From NCBI GenBank assembly GCA_964247055.1, contig OZ176053.1:620001-684000 (forward strand): a stretch of 64,000 nucleotides of DNA, given 5' to 3'. The DNA is from Paragordius varius (Eukaryota > Animalia > Nematomorpha). Numbering within the stretch: position 1 is the stretch's first letter; every line of letters starts with the position of its first letter. A model generated the notes under the pieces. The model made no database searches, was not told the DNA's origin, and was given only the letters and a program-made list of their open reading frames with translations. Of this stretch, positions 49,101 to 63,269 are shown one piece after another. Both the position numbers and the translations under genes were made by a program.

Positions 49101-52100
49101 AAAATCTCCTTCCTAAATTAATCTTATATTTTTTAAATTAGAAAAGGTTTGGGATTTAGTGCACTAAAAGAAAAATTGAATTTAGTGATTTACTAGACGC
49201 GAATCAAATTATTATTTAGATGTATGACACAATAAAACAATTTATAGATTTCGGATGTATAAATAAAGTTTCGTTTCACGTTTTCTTTAGTCCATATAAA
49301 TTTGTTTATTGACAGAAAATGTTAAAAACTCATTCAAAAGACAAAATAAAATTGGTTGTTTAATAGAAACGGTGAACACCACATATCCCAAATATAGCTC
49401 TGAAAATCAAAGGTAGTTTTTATTTCGCAGAGCGATTTGAAATTTAAATATATATAATGTCTAAGATTATAAGCCGAATTTGAAAACATGCTTTCTTTAC
49501 CTTTTAGACGCATTATACATAATTTTTAAAAAATGTAAAATTGAAAAAAATACTAATCTCAAAATTTTTTTGCAGCCATTTTTTTACAATTTTTTTTAAA
49601 TTGCTAATGGAACAGGCAAAAAGATGTAAATTAGGGTTTAATGTAAATAAATGATATAACTTTATAAAGCTTCAAGGCTACATTTTACCAGCTTGATATA
49701 TTTTTAAATATCAGCTTTTCGTTTCGATCGGGTTTTTTAGCTGTTAAACTCTAGAAATGATAAAATTGTAAAAAATAGCTTTAAATTACAGGTGAAAATA
49801 TTTAATAATTCATTTTTAACTAAAACAACTTTCAAAACATTAGTTGACTGGAATATAAAACTACCTAAATATGTAATGGCAGAAAAAGTGAAAAGATTGT
49901 GAAGCGCTAATATTATTAGACTACAATGTGGTGGAAATTAAATATCTATCGAATTTGGAGTAAACTTCATAGTTTAATGAATGCTAAGTAATATAACAAT
50001 TAATTTCTTTTAGGAATTACAAGTTTTTTCATATAATAATATATCTCTTTTTTTTATAAAGGACAATTTTTTAGCCCCTATTTATGATTGCTAACCTGAT
50101 ATGGAAGATAAGTAAATCCAGGGTATTTTTCGCAAAAATTTTCAGTAAAAATGTAATCAGTTATTGATTGATACTTTTGTGGTTTGTTTTCAGCCAAACA
50201 GGATGCTTGTTGGCTACTATACGGTATAAATACAGTAAAAATACACAATTATACGGACAAAACGTAAAACTATTAAGACAAGCTAAAACAACCATACTTT
50301 TAAATCATTGATTTTATTTTATATAACTCATTGTTATATAATGCAAACTAAGAAATTGATATATAATCAACTATATACTTTACAATTGTAGTATGATTTG
50401 TCTTTATATTTTTACATGCATACATTCTTTAACAAAACGATATGTTAAATTTTTTAAAAAATTAGGCTTTCTCTATATATAAATACCATAAAAACTTTAA
50501 AGAGTTTTCTTTTTAACACTTCAAGTTAGTCTTTTTATAAAGTTTTTAGATAATCATAGTTGCATGTATTTATTTGTTTCTCTTTTTTTTCAATTAAACA
50601 TCTTTATCAATATTCAATCAGAAAAAACTTTTTGTTATTTCGAACAATTTTTCCAATTCAACTATAATAATAACTTATTATTGTATTATCGAAAAATTGT
50701 AATTACACTAAAAATTACGTATAGATGAAAGTTAAAAACAAATAAAGTTTGTGTACCAACTTAAAGTGATCAAAGATCAACTTGAAATGTTTAAAAGACC
50801 TACTTAAAATGTTCAAGGACCAAAGTAAACACTATTAATAAATATACTGTATTATTACCCAAAAAAAATATATAATGAGAGATTTTATAATGTATATAAA
50901 AATTAATTAGTTAAATATAACGCCAAGGCTAAGGAAATATTTTTGACACTGCAAGCAGACCATCTCAAGTTATCGTTCGAAGAAGGATGCATGATTCCAT
51001 AAGAAGCTCCACAGTTTTCCCTTTCATCGTGATTTGCGTTGCATCTTATTATTATGTTTACATAAAATTAGAATACAGCTGCAATTTCCAATTATATAAG
51101 TTTAACCTTTATTTACAAGTAAGTATGTTTTTTATCAATTCACTATATATAGAGGACTATCTATAAATTACAAATGTCCATATTCATGTGCCATAGATAC
51201 ACCTGTTAACATGTCTTCATCGCTTAAAAACATACAGCTTTGTTCTTTGGTACATATTCCATTTATAAAGGCATATCCTAAATATATGAAAATAAATATA
51301 TCGTATTTCAATCAAAAGCAACACTATTTCAATCAAACGCAACGCAACATTTTATCAACCAAACGCGACATTTTTTCAGGCAAACGCAACATTATTTTGA
51401 GCAAACGCAACATTTTTAAATCTATTTGGATGAAAAATGTTCCGTTTGTTTGATAAAATGTTGCTTTTAAATTTAAATGAAAATGGTATATATGTAGTAA
51501 ATAAAATTATACAGACAAAATGTAAAAACACAAAGTCAGATATTTTATTCAAAAATAGCGCTATACTTTTTTAAACTTTAGTTTTCCCTGTGTAAATTAC
51601 ACAATTGTAAAATATATAATTGACTGTGTTACCAAATTAACATCTTTATTTATTTTACAATGCAAAAAGATGGTTTTTATTTTAAAAAATCAAGGATTAA
51701 AACGTATATATTGTTTGCTTTGAAAAAAATAGCTGTCTTTTAATTACATAATGTCTACATAATTTGAATCAACTTCTACTTCGTTTTTAAACATTAATAA
51801 CAATTTATTATGATTAACCAATGGTAGATGTTCCCCTTTTCCAAGCATCACCCAAATACAATGATAGATCTTCAGATCCTACGGTATTGACTAATTTGCA
51901 AAAATATTTCATTTGTTCTTTATTGGAGTACACATTTGCTGACTAGATAACAAAAGAAAGACTTTTGATTAGCTCAAGTATATATTTATGGAAATTCCCA
52001 ACACAGTAGTGTATAGAAAAATCAACCAAAATATTGAATAAATTAAACAATGGTAATGTAAGAAAGGAAAAATGTTTATTCAACATTATGTTGTTTTTTC

Positions 52101-55100
52101 CATAAAACTGTGTATTCCTATCTAATCTATATTGTGAAATAAACAACTATTAAAATACTACTGTATTTTGAGTAAAAATATCCGCTGTATCAAACAGCCG
52201 TGATGCGCGGTTCTTAAGGCAAGATAAATATTTTTTGCGGCCCTTTGAAATTTTTCAGTTAGTGCCACTCTACTATACCATCATGCCTTAATAAAACACC
52301 TCTGGTTAAACAATGATGCTAAATGGAATTCTACTAAGAAATAGCCACGGTATATTTTATGTGCCAGAGACTTAAAAATGCATTATCTTTGGATTGATTT
52401 TATGGTTTATATTACAATAAAAATTGAAATTATACGGATAAAACGTAAAAATATAAAGACAAATATTTTTATTTATAAGACAACCATACTTTTTAAAACC
52501 TTAGTTTTTATAAGCTATTTAGTTACAATTTTAAAATTTAGAATTGATTGTGTTGGTAATATATATCTCTATTTCAGACTTTGCCATTTAAAACATATAT
52601 TGAAATAAATCAAGATTAAAAAAGCATGGTTGTCTTTTAGAAAAAAATATTGATTTTATATATTTACGTTTTGTCCGTGTAATTTCAGTTTTTACTGCAA
52701 CTAAACAGGCCCTATTTTCAGCTTTTTAATATTCTGATTGTCGCACAGAGAACAAATTTTTGATATAACCCTTGTGAGTTTAAACGTCTTTATTGGTTAC
52801 ATAATAGTTAAAAGAGCAATTCTTCATAAAATTTATTTGTAATTTTTGGAGGCAAAATAAAACACCGAATTAGATGTCTCCAGTTCGAAAATATTAAAAG
52901 TATGGAAAAAATGTTTAGCTCTCACATTCGCTTTTTTATCCTGCAGTAAATGAAATTATACAGACAAAATGTAAAATCATAAGGGCAATTTTTTTAAAAA
53001 AATAGACAACCATATTGTAAACTGAATTTTTTAATTATAACTTATTAATTGTGGGAGATCATATGAACAAACAGAAAAGCAAATTGACAACAATTATATG
53101 TTTCAAATTTAACATAAATATAAATCAAGTCAAAATATTCTATATGGTTGTTTTTTTAAAAAAAGTGTCTTATTTGTTTTTACCTTTTGTCTGTATAAAT
53201 CCATTTATATATTATATAGGATTTAAATATTAATAATGAACAAAACAGCTGATCATAGGTATTGTAGAAAGCGATTAAAGTAAAACGCACAAAGTTATAT
53301 CCATAAATTTTAGGTATTTGTAAACCAGGAGTGTCAAACACATATAATTTTGCGGGCCGCATTTTTTAATGAAAAAACTGGCAAGCCGGCCTGCATCGGA
53401 AATATATATGGGCATTCGAAAATAATTTATTGGATTTCCATAAGACTGTAAGCTAACTCAATATAGCATTTTTTCTAGTTCCTACCATTTGTATAGATTA
53501 ATTTAGAAAAATTGTTTAAGAAATATTAATTTTTATAAGATTTCTTAAGTATATTTTTGAGATGGATTTCAAAATTTTTTGCGGGCAGCACATAAAGTGT
53601 CGAAGGACCGCGTGTTGAAACCTCTGTTGTAAACGATTAGCGCAACATAGTTAAAAATTTTCGGCAAACGCTCAACTCAACAATATATGCTATAAAACCT
53701 TTGTTTAATATATGTTTGTGGTTGATTTAATTATTTTTTATGATTTATATTTTATAATAATTTCTAAAACCCTATAAATGTTTAAGGCTATTATACAGAG
53801 TAGGGGTCTCCAACACGCGGCCCGCGATTAACTTGGAAATGCGTAATCAAAAATATGCATATGAAATCTTAATAAAATTGAGATTTCTAGAAAAATATTC
53901 TGAGTCAGTGTAAATGTCAAGGAACTAAAAAAATTGCAATCTTGTGTATATATTTCGAATGCGGCCAGCCGGGATTTTTGAGTCGAAAATGCGGCCTGTG
54001 AAGCCATTTGTGTTGGAACTCCTGGTGTAGAGAATGGTGTACGCAATATAAATTTCAAAAAGAATGGTGTAATGCCAAAAATATATTAGACAGACAAAAT
54101 TTTAAAATCAATAAACAATTTTTTCCTAAAAAGGAAAACCATACTTTATTAAGCTTGATATGTTTTGATTTGACTTTTTGTATAGAAAAATCTAGCGTTT
54201 AAAAAGTTGTGGTTCAAAAAATTTTTGATTCTAACTTTTTGTTCGTATAATCTCATTATTTACTGTAAATTAGAAATCGTTTTTTAAACGTACACATGCA
54301 TTTATTATGCAATAAGTAAAAAATTCAATCATAAGATAGTGTTACCTTCTGTTTTCCCGCATAAACTATGGCCCACATAGGAATCATTGATTTATCTTGC
54401 AAAATTGCATTAGCCTAAATAATATACATGTATAGATATATTCACCTCAAATTTCCCGTTAGACACTTTAAATTCACCCTCAAACATTTCAAATTAAACT
54501 TAAATATTTTAATGAAAACACTTGAAATTTGCCCTCGAACATTTCGAATTTACCCTTACGCATTTCAAATGCCCTTATTATGTGTTTTGAACTAATTAAA
54601 CTGATTATAGATATGTACCGTTTATGGCATAGTTTATTATTTTTCTGTATTACTTTGTTTTTAAACAAAATTTATGTTTTTAAAAAAAATATTTATAAAA
54701 CATCGGTAATTTTTTCAAAACAAAATTTCATGATTATGAAATGGGAATAAATTTCTAATGTTCAAGGGTGAATTCAAGGCGAAAATATATTATACATTTG
54801 CATTTAACGTAGTTTAAATTTCAAATTTTGGAATAAATGACTAAAATAAAAAATTGAGATACCACGCGAAATATAATCATAATTTGCAGTTCTGTTAGAT
54901 CGCTGTCACCCTCATGAACTTTGACACTTGCGATATAAGCCGTTGCATTATTATAAGCCGACCTTGCTTGTTTGTGATTAGCCAAGTTGATATGATTTTT
55001 TTTGCCATGTAAAGTCATGTACTCTAATAAGATTTTTTAATGTAGGTTAATTATTTGTATAAATTGAAATTCAACGGACAAAACGTAAAAATATAAAGAC

Positions 55101-57899
55101 AAATATTTTTTTGTATTAAACAACCCTATACTTTTTAAAACCTTAATGTTTCCCACATAAGCTACTTAGTTACAATTGTAAAATATAGAATTGATTGTGT
55201 TAGTTTTATATATATCTATTTCACACTTTGCCATTTAAAACAATGAGTTATATTCATATAAATCTAAAATAAAAAGTATGGTTGTATTTTAGAAAAAAGT
55301 ATTTGTCTTTATAATTTTACGTTTTGTCCGTATAATTTCAGTTCTTACTGTATCTGTATAATTTGGTTATGACAGGCCCTGTCCAACACATATGGCTTTC
55401 CAGCCGCTTTTTTGGATTAAAAAATTTGATGGGCCATATTCCCAAAATTGCATTATAATTAATAATCATAAGACTGTAAAAACTGATATTTATTTTAACA
55501 ATTTTTGATTTTTTATGTTGCCGAAATTCAGAAGACTTATTCGGAAAAATTATTCAAGAAAATTCGATGAAGAATTTTATAGGGCGGCATGTTGGACACC
55601 CCTAGGCCTGGGTTCGATTTCCAAACAATATTTAATGTATTTTTTTAAAAAAAATAATTTTGTCTACAAATAGTATATTAGATTTAAGCGGAGTTTTATA
55701 TATTTAATAATGTGCTAGTTACGGTAAAAAACTGAAATTTTAGGCACAAAACGTAATATATAAATCAAATATTTTTTTCTAAAACAATCATACTTTTTAT
55801 CATGATTTATTTCAATATGACTCATTGTTTTAATGGCAAATGTGAAATAGAGATATTTATTGCAAACACAATCAATTGTAGCTAAATAGCTTATATAAGA
55901 AATATTACGGTTTTAAAAAGTATGGTTGTCTTTTAGATAGACTATTTCTCTTTATATTTTTACGTTTTGTCCGTATAATTTCAAGTTTTAATGTAATTTT
56001 ATGTTAAATATATATATGCTTATTTTTAGGATTCAAAACGGGAATGGCAGAGGTTTTTGACTGCTGAATAAACAATTCGCATAATATCGGAGAATATTAA
56101 TTTACTTTAATTAGAAATAATCAAAAGTAGTTTTTTATATATAATCTGAAACCAAAATTTTTATAAAACAGTTATTAAACCGTTCTATGTTAAAACTTCT
56201 ACGGTTTAAAACTAGAGTTAGGATTGAAATTATGCGGACAAAAATTTAAAAATATAAAGACAAATATTTTTTTCAAAAGACAATCATACTTTTTAAAACT
56301 TATTTTTTGCTATATAAATACTATTAAATAAAATTGTAAAATATATAATTGATTGTATTGACAATGACATCTCTATTACATACTATGCAATTTTAAACAA
56401 AAAATTTTATTGAAATAAATAAAGTTTACAAAAGTATGATTGTCTTTTGGAAAAAAATATTTGTCCTTATATTTTTACGCTTGTATAATTTCAATATTTA
56501 CTGTGATTTCATCTAAAAAACACATTAAAAAAATATTAAAATATTACAAAGATAGCCGGAATAATTCATAGAATATTTTTACCAAAACAACTGACTTTTA
56601 GTGTAAAAAATCATAAAAATAAAATTTAAAAACTCGAAGGCAAATATTTTTATTAAATTTTAATACAACATATTTTGGGTTGATTAATAGGTTAGAAAGA
56701 TATAAATTGGTAGTAAACTCGGCAACTATATTGCAATCATTTGTAAATGTAAAGATCAAAGGCTGTCTTAGTGAAAAACATATTTGTCTTTTAGTTTAAT
56801 GTTTTGTCTTTATAATTTTAAGTATTACTGCTTATGTGAAAAATCCAAAAAAAAAATTAAAAAACCTTGTAATAAATTGAGTTGCCGTTTTCTAAGAGCA
56901 GATTTTTCAGGAATACTCGATAACTCCAAGTGGCCTAAAGTGCTGGTCAATTCGCCATTTAGCGATCTAGCCATTTTTTTGGAAGGTATCAAATTGGCTT
57001 CATTGATTTTGTAATGTACACCATCATGATATAACATTCCAGTCTTAATTGCATAATTTTTAATATACATAATATAATTTATATAAATATATTCATTAGT
57101 AGCATTGAAAAATTAGAGATAAGTCATAAATATTTTAAATTATTTTAGCAGTTTACGCTCTGGTTACGAATCAATTTTTATATTTCCCGCCCCTCTAAAG
57201 TTATATTTTCTTAACTAGCATTTAAAAATTATATAAATATCTTCAAGTTTAAGGTGCGTGCATTCCAAGTCGAGATTATTGATTCGAATATAATTATTTA
57301 AAATTCCAATAGATATCTTATATCTACCTACCCACAAAAATATTAATATACACGTCTTAATATTCAAAAAAATTCTAAAACCTACCCATTTATCGCTCAC
57401 TAAATTGTGCACCAAAGTACCCAAGTAACGTTCGTTCTCATCATTGGTGGATTGTTGGAAAGCATCATATAAAACAAGGTTTGAATGTGGATCAGCGATA
57501 ATCTGACCATGGCCATCTCTTATGACAAGGGGAGAAGAACGAAGTTTGGTCGATAAAACAGATGTATCTCGAACTGGTTTAATCCGCATATTCCAAATTG
57601 CCTGATCTGGCCCCCCAACCAAACTGATTTTATCATCCCAAGGTGTCTTAAGGTTTGTGCTTTGCGGTACTTTGTGCAAAGAGGAGGTCCATAGTTGAGC
57701 GTATTTAATTGCTTGAAAAATAAAAATATAGATAAATATGTCCTATAAGGTTGTTACATATTTTCAAATTTAAATTTTAGTTTAAGTGTATAATTTCAAT
57801 TTCAAAAATTTGTAAAACAATACCTCTTACACCTCTATGAATGCTTAGAAATGCTAGACATAAGGTTAACACAAATATCTGACTTCTGAAAAGACACAT
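40418..57899 (-). CDS. Secreted ADAMTS-like M12B (reprolysin) zinc metalloprotease, about 660 aa
   Basis: Hand-spliced exons: 57899-57824 (signal peptide MCLFRSQIFVLTLCLAFLSIHRGVRA), 57711-57386, 57043-56866, 55023-54863, 54414-54346, 51942-51819 (YFCK...DLSLYLG...TIG), 51277-51172 (GYAFINGIC...AHEYGH), 51044-50922 (LCNANHD...GIM Met-turn...WSACS), 50216-50096, 48129-47986, 47324-47176 (TSP1 WGPWATWTEC...RKCDNP), 46708-46654, 46565-46538, optional 46483-46460, 41419-41332 (CQLFCKAG), 41278-41167 (one extra T as assembled), 40652-40583, 40453-40418 (stop). Phases agree throughout except for the +1 T at about 41246-41250. The prodomain segment WNMRIKPVRDTSVLS resembles the ADAM-family prodomain (recalled, not searched). 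Confidence 0.85.
44698..45779. mobile_element. CACT-ended TIR element, copy within duplicated block B
   Basis: Near-identical to 31038-32123; ends CACTAGACAACAA / TTGTTGTCCAGTG. Confidence 0.75.
53326..53626. mobile_element. hAT-type MITE
   Basis: TIR CAGGAGTGTCAAACAC / GTGTTGAAACCTCTG; perfect 8-bp TSD TTGTAAAC; GCGGGCCGC motif. Confidence 0.82.
53801..54024. mobile_element. hAT-type MITE (related family)
   Basis: TAGGGGTCTCCAACAC...GTGTTGGAACTCCTG with GCGGCC motifs; the TSD is only partly conserved. Confidence 0.6.
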
Positions 57900-58468
57900 C
57901 GTGGCAAAAAAAAATTTGAAGAAAAAAATTATATATAAAATTTTTTTATAAGCTTCAAATTCTTATGCCCTTGGAATGGCTCATCAAATTTATTAGCTGT
58001 ATAATGTGTGTGAAGCTGTTCCTACTATGATATGACCTCCATAATATTGTATTATCAGAAATCATTATTATAATTTTTCAAAGATTTTGGAGTTATAAAA
58101 TTATAAAATTCTTAGCGGAGGCAATTTCGCCATTTGTTTAAATAATAATAAGTGTGCGTGGTAATGACTAGTTAGTTAATAATCATTTGCATAAAACTAG
58201 AGATGCCTATGGATAATTGGGTAACGAGGTTATCATTTTTTGGTAAAAATATGCACCTGCATATTGCATCCCTAACTTATATATATGATTGAATAATATA
58301 TATATAAAATGAAAAGGTCCACACTTAGGTGTCGTTTTGTGAACGCACCCACCTGTTACAATAAACTTTAATAATTACAAAAAATAAATGACACCCCATC
58401 TTATGTGTACAAAACTGAATATAATGAAAACAGTTGTATATATAAATATGTTTTTTGTAACTGAAAAA

Positions 58469-59478
58469 CACTGGACAACAGATTTTTCTGCCACTCGAGT
58501 TTTTTGTAGTTTTCTCATATTTAGTATCATTTTTACAGTAAATCTGAAATAAAAATTATAACTCTACGTAAAAATTTTGAATAATTTGATTTTTTTGATT
58601 ATGCGCCCTCTTTATCAAAATTTTACTAAAAAATGTTTTTCTTTGAAAATATTGGACACAGAGCGACAAACGCGCGAAGCGAGAGCATTTTTTTCAATTA
58701 ATATATTTTAAAAACTAATGGATGAAAATAGTTCAAATGTCTAGATGGTGATGAATGTTCAAAAAAGATAACACAAGAAAGTTTTTTTGATTAAAATATT
58801 TTTTTATTGCTTTTTATTCACTCAAAACAGCCAATTTTAAGTTTTTTGTTTTTGTTAAAATGACCATCTCATCAATGTTAATTAATTTTCATTGAGGCTG
58901 AAAATTTCGAAATTTTAAAGATAAAAACAAAGTTAAAGGTATTTTTCATCTTTTATAACCATTATGTAATAAATATACAGTTATAACTATGCATTTTAGT
59001 ATGCACTTGGTAAAATATTTATGATAATAATAATTTTTATTAAAAAAGCAAACCAAAAGCTTTACTTTTTTTATAAATTAAATACTAATATAACCCTAAT
59101 AATTTTAAAATAATTAAAATGTCAAATTAGTTTGTCTGTGAAAATTTTTTACATAAGGGTTGAAAATTTCGATCATATAAGCCCAAATAACTTATAGATC
59201 CGATTGATATAAATGACTTACTACCATTTGAAAAATACAGTTTTTCACGCTCTTTCAAAGATTATAAAATACATGGCTTCATATCTGAAACTTTTAATTT
59301 TCAAAATTTCGAGTTTAATGTTAAATTAAGGCCAAAAATAATCGATAAACTCTAATATAAAAAATTCTTATGTGTCAGACCAATTTTCTTAACAAATAGA
59401 CTAATTATGTATTTAATGAAATAAATTTTAAATTTACAAGAATGGCAGTTAAAAAAAGTCAAAATTTGTTGTCTAGTG
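58469..59478. mobile_element. CACT-ended TIR element, independent insertion upstream of the ADAMTS-like gene
   Basis: CACTGGACAACAG...TTGTTGTCTAGTG; reverse-complement homology to 31038-32123; AAA on both flanks. Confidence 0.75.
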
Positions 59479-59704
59479 AAATAGAGTAACACCAGATATG
59501 ACGCCTTTTTTAATAAAAAAAAGATAAAAACTAACTTGCGAACGTTCATTTATATTGACGGTTTCTTATATAAGAACCGTATATTTATCAGTATGCTAAA
59601 GCGGGCAGAACTGCATTCATTATTTAACACATTCTAAATTAATTTTGAAATATAACTTAAAAACCCAGCCAAATTTTGTAATAAAATAAAATGCAAAAAG
59701 CTAA

Positions 59705-60750
59705 CACAGTGTGCAACAAAAATTTTTAAGTAAATACTTTTTTCATGATATAGCTTATAACCAGCGAATTGATTTGCCGCAAAAATTATTACGACCTAGT
59801 TTTTGAAATATTTAGAGAAAATCGTAATCGGTCAAAAAGTTAAAATTAAGGGTAATTAAGGATAATAAAACATAATGATAAAACTTAAGATATTATGATT
59901 TACATTTTATCGGATATATACAATTTATAGATAGCCTCAAATCATATAATAAAAAATTATAAAACATCGTGTATATGCAATATATAAAATACATAAAAAA
60001 ATTTTATGAAACTAAATCGAAATAATTTTTTTTTAATTATTTACTAACTAAACTCATTTAATCATAACATTCAATTTATAAAAAAAATTATATAAATGTA
60101 ACTAAATATTGTTTTTTCCTTTTCTGTATCTGGTTTATAACTGTTTAATAAATTTACTGTTTAGTATAGGAATCCTACATGATCAGGAGTTAATAAAGTA
60201 CATAAATATATGCAAACTAAAATTTAAAAGTGGAATATCAACCATAAATCAGTACTCATTCCTGTATGTATTTTAACACAAATTTATATTTTATACTGGG
60301 CTGTACGAATTAGTTCCACTACTTTAATATTATTTTGTATAAATTTATTTATAATTCCCGCATCATAAACCAATGACAAAAAATGAAAATATTAAAAACA
60401 ATATTTTATAGTTTTAGTTTGATATAAAAGTTTTATACTGTATAAAATATAAATTTTAAGATTTTTATAGTGAGTTTAACTAGTATTAAAAAAAATTATT
60501 TTGATTAGAAAAATTGCGTAAAAGTAAGTTAAAAAAACACGATTTTTTGATTTAAGTTTTTAAAAAACCCTTATACGATTTTCGGTTATTTATAAATTGT
60601 AAATATCCGATATAACAAATCTTAATCTCTCAAGTTTTATTAATATTGAATATCCCTAATTATCCTTAATTTTCAATTTTTTCCCAATTGCGATTTCTCT
60701 CAATATTTCAAAAACTAGGTCGAAATATTTAAATTGCAGAAATCACTGCA
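59705..60750. mobile_element. Foldback element copy 3, diverged
   Basis: CACAGTGTGCAAC start, GCTTATAACCAGCG..TTTGCCGCAAAA..ACCTAGTTTTTG block, and the inverted TTTCAAAAACTAGGT at about 60705-60720; right end approximate. Confidence 0.7.
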
Positions 60751-62316
60751 AAATTGAATGATTAAATACATAAGAGCCATCCCTTTGAATAAATTATATT
60801 AAGTATGGAGAATTACTGTAAATATTGAAATTATACGGACAAAGCGTAAAAACATAAGGACATATATTTTTTTCATGAAGACAATACTTTTGTAAACTTG
60901 TATATCAATAAAACTCATGTTTAAATTTGCATAGTATAAAATTGAGATGTCATTGGTAATATAATCAATTATATATTTTACAATTTAAATTTAATAGAAT
61001 TAATATAGCAAAAAATAAGTTTTAATAATATGATTGTCTTTTGAAAAAAAGATATTTTTCTTTTATTACGTTTGTCCGTCTGTAAGTTTTAGGGGTGTTT
61101 TTCACATTGTTGTTAACAATTTAGAAATTTTTATATGAACACTATTTAATTTTGAAATGTTGATAGATACATGCAAAATTCGCTTTTGGTCTAAGTGAGA
61201 AATTGTTTTCATTATTATCTTGAATCCACCTACGTATTCAAAGTTTTGTCTATAAATAACATCCGTCATCCTTCATCTACCTCGTTCTTAATTTAAAACA
61301 TTTAATCTAAATCGTGTCCATGATCCACCCTCGGGTTTTAAACTCTTTTTTTTGTAATTAATAGCGTTTTAAAAATCGCTAATATTTTGTGTATAATAAC
61401 TCAAATATCCTTTGCACAAGCATGTTAGACACAACTATTAAATGCATTCAGGAGTATATTTATCTAGCGCCTTACCCGGGCTCTTTTCTATGTGCTTCCC
61501 GACGTTTGAATGCTCTCGTTTTTTAATCAGGATAGATTCTCCTGTCTTAATTACAGTCATCTTATAGCCTATTGCTAACACATGCAACTCGCCGAATACC
61601 AAAAAATATAATTTTTCCTATATCCACATAGGATACATATTTGGTAAGCACGATTTTGATTTTGCAGGGATTTATTACTAATAATCATATTGATTAGGGG
61701 TCCTATATTTCTTGCATTGTGCCTACCGCCATTTTAATCCCTACTTGTATTAATGTTTTCTGCATTCACCATATCAGATCACGACATCATCATTTAAACT
61801 ATAAAATTACACAAATCATTTGATTTCATTTATTATTGTGGTATATATCACTCTCAGGTTTTTGAAAAATTATCGACCAAATGTTGGGTTTTATGACATT
61901 AAATTTACCATCACTACCTTTTTTTGTGCGGTCCTCGATGAATAAAAAAACTATACAAAACTTACAGTAAAAAATGAAATTATACGGATTTAAATGCAAT
62001 TAATAATATTTTTCCTATGAGATATTATTTTTTAAGTCGTGGATCGCTTTTTCATATATAAAACATTAATTGTTCTATAAAGAGTAAAATATGTTTTTTA
62101 GCCCATAATTTTTTACCCACATCTTATTTTCCAGGAAATAAAGTACTAACGAAAAGGCTGTTTTGGCAAATAGCTATAATTGATTAAATAAACAGTGTTA
62201 TATTGTAACTATTGTCAACGAGAAAGAATATTGTATGTTAAAATAATGATAATAATTAGTCCCTTGTAAATTTTTTAACATTAACAATATCCAAAATTTT
62301 TGATATATGGTAGTAT

Positions 62317-63269
62317 CAGGGCCTGGAACCGGTTCAAAAAAAGTTGAACCAGAACCGGGTCTGTTCTTGAACAAGTGAAACCGGAAACGCGTTGGTTCTG
62401 AAGTATTTAAAAATAAAACCTGGTGTTTCCTGAAATTTTGGAACAGAAACAGGGCTGGTTCCTGAACAAATGGAACCGGAACCGCGTTGGTTTGTTAAAA
62501 ATTAGCGGTTCCGGAACCGGTTCTTTACATTTAGAACCGGTTCCATTTTCGGTTCCTGACTTTTGATTGTATGATTTACAAAATAATTATTATAATAATA
62601 CAAACAACCAAAATATCAACATTTATAAATCTAACAATTTTTATAAATTGCCAATTGTATACTGATGAAAAAAAATAGTGTAGCATTGAAACAAATTATA
62701 AAAATATAATAGGAAAATGTATAAGAAAGGTATAAAATGAGTAAATTAAGTATGGCATTTAAAAAGTCTTTATTTAACTTTAAAAAATTATAGGACCAAG
62801 CAATTCGCTGGTCAAACTGCTCTCATGTCTAAATTAAAAAAAGGGTGAAAAACTCTTTCAACGGAGACCTATGTATACGAATATATGTATTATAAATTAA
62901 CTCGAGTTCTATTAGTTTTTTTAAAACAGTTGAATCGCCGAAAATTTAGAGAGTATCACTAATATAATATAAGGCGCTTAGTTTAAGGTTTAAAGTTTGA
63001 CGTATGTAATATATACTGGTACAATCAAGTTTAAAAAATAAAATAAAATTTTTATTATAAAAATCATATGGAAACCAGTAATTAAGGGGGTGGAACCGGA
63101 ACCGGGTTGGTTCCTAAAAATTTATAGATAGAATCAAAATGGTTCCTGAAATTTTGGAATCGGTACCGGGGTGTTTTCGGAGAAGTGGAACCGGAACCGC
63201 GTTGGTTCCATCCCAATGGAACCGGTTCTTGTTAAAATCCCAGGAACCGGGTTTCGGTTCCAAGGCCTG
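62317..63269. mobile_element. Non-autonomous hAT-type element with dense subterminal GGAACC(GG) motifs
   Basis: Ends CAGGGCCTGGAACC / GGTTCCAAGGCCTG; perfect 8-bp TSD GGTAGTAT (62309-62316, 63270-63277); no transposase ORF. Confidence 0.88.
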
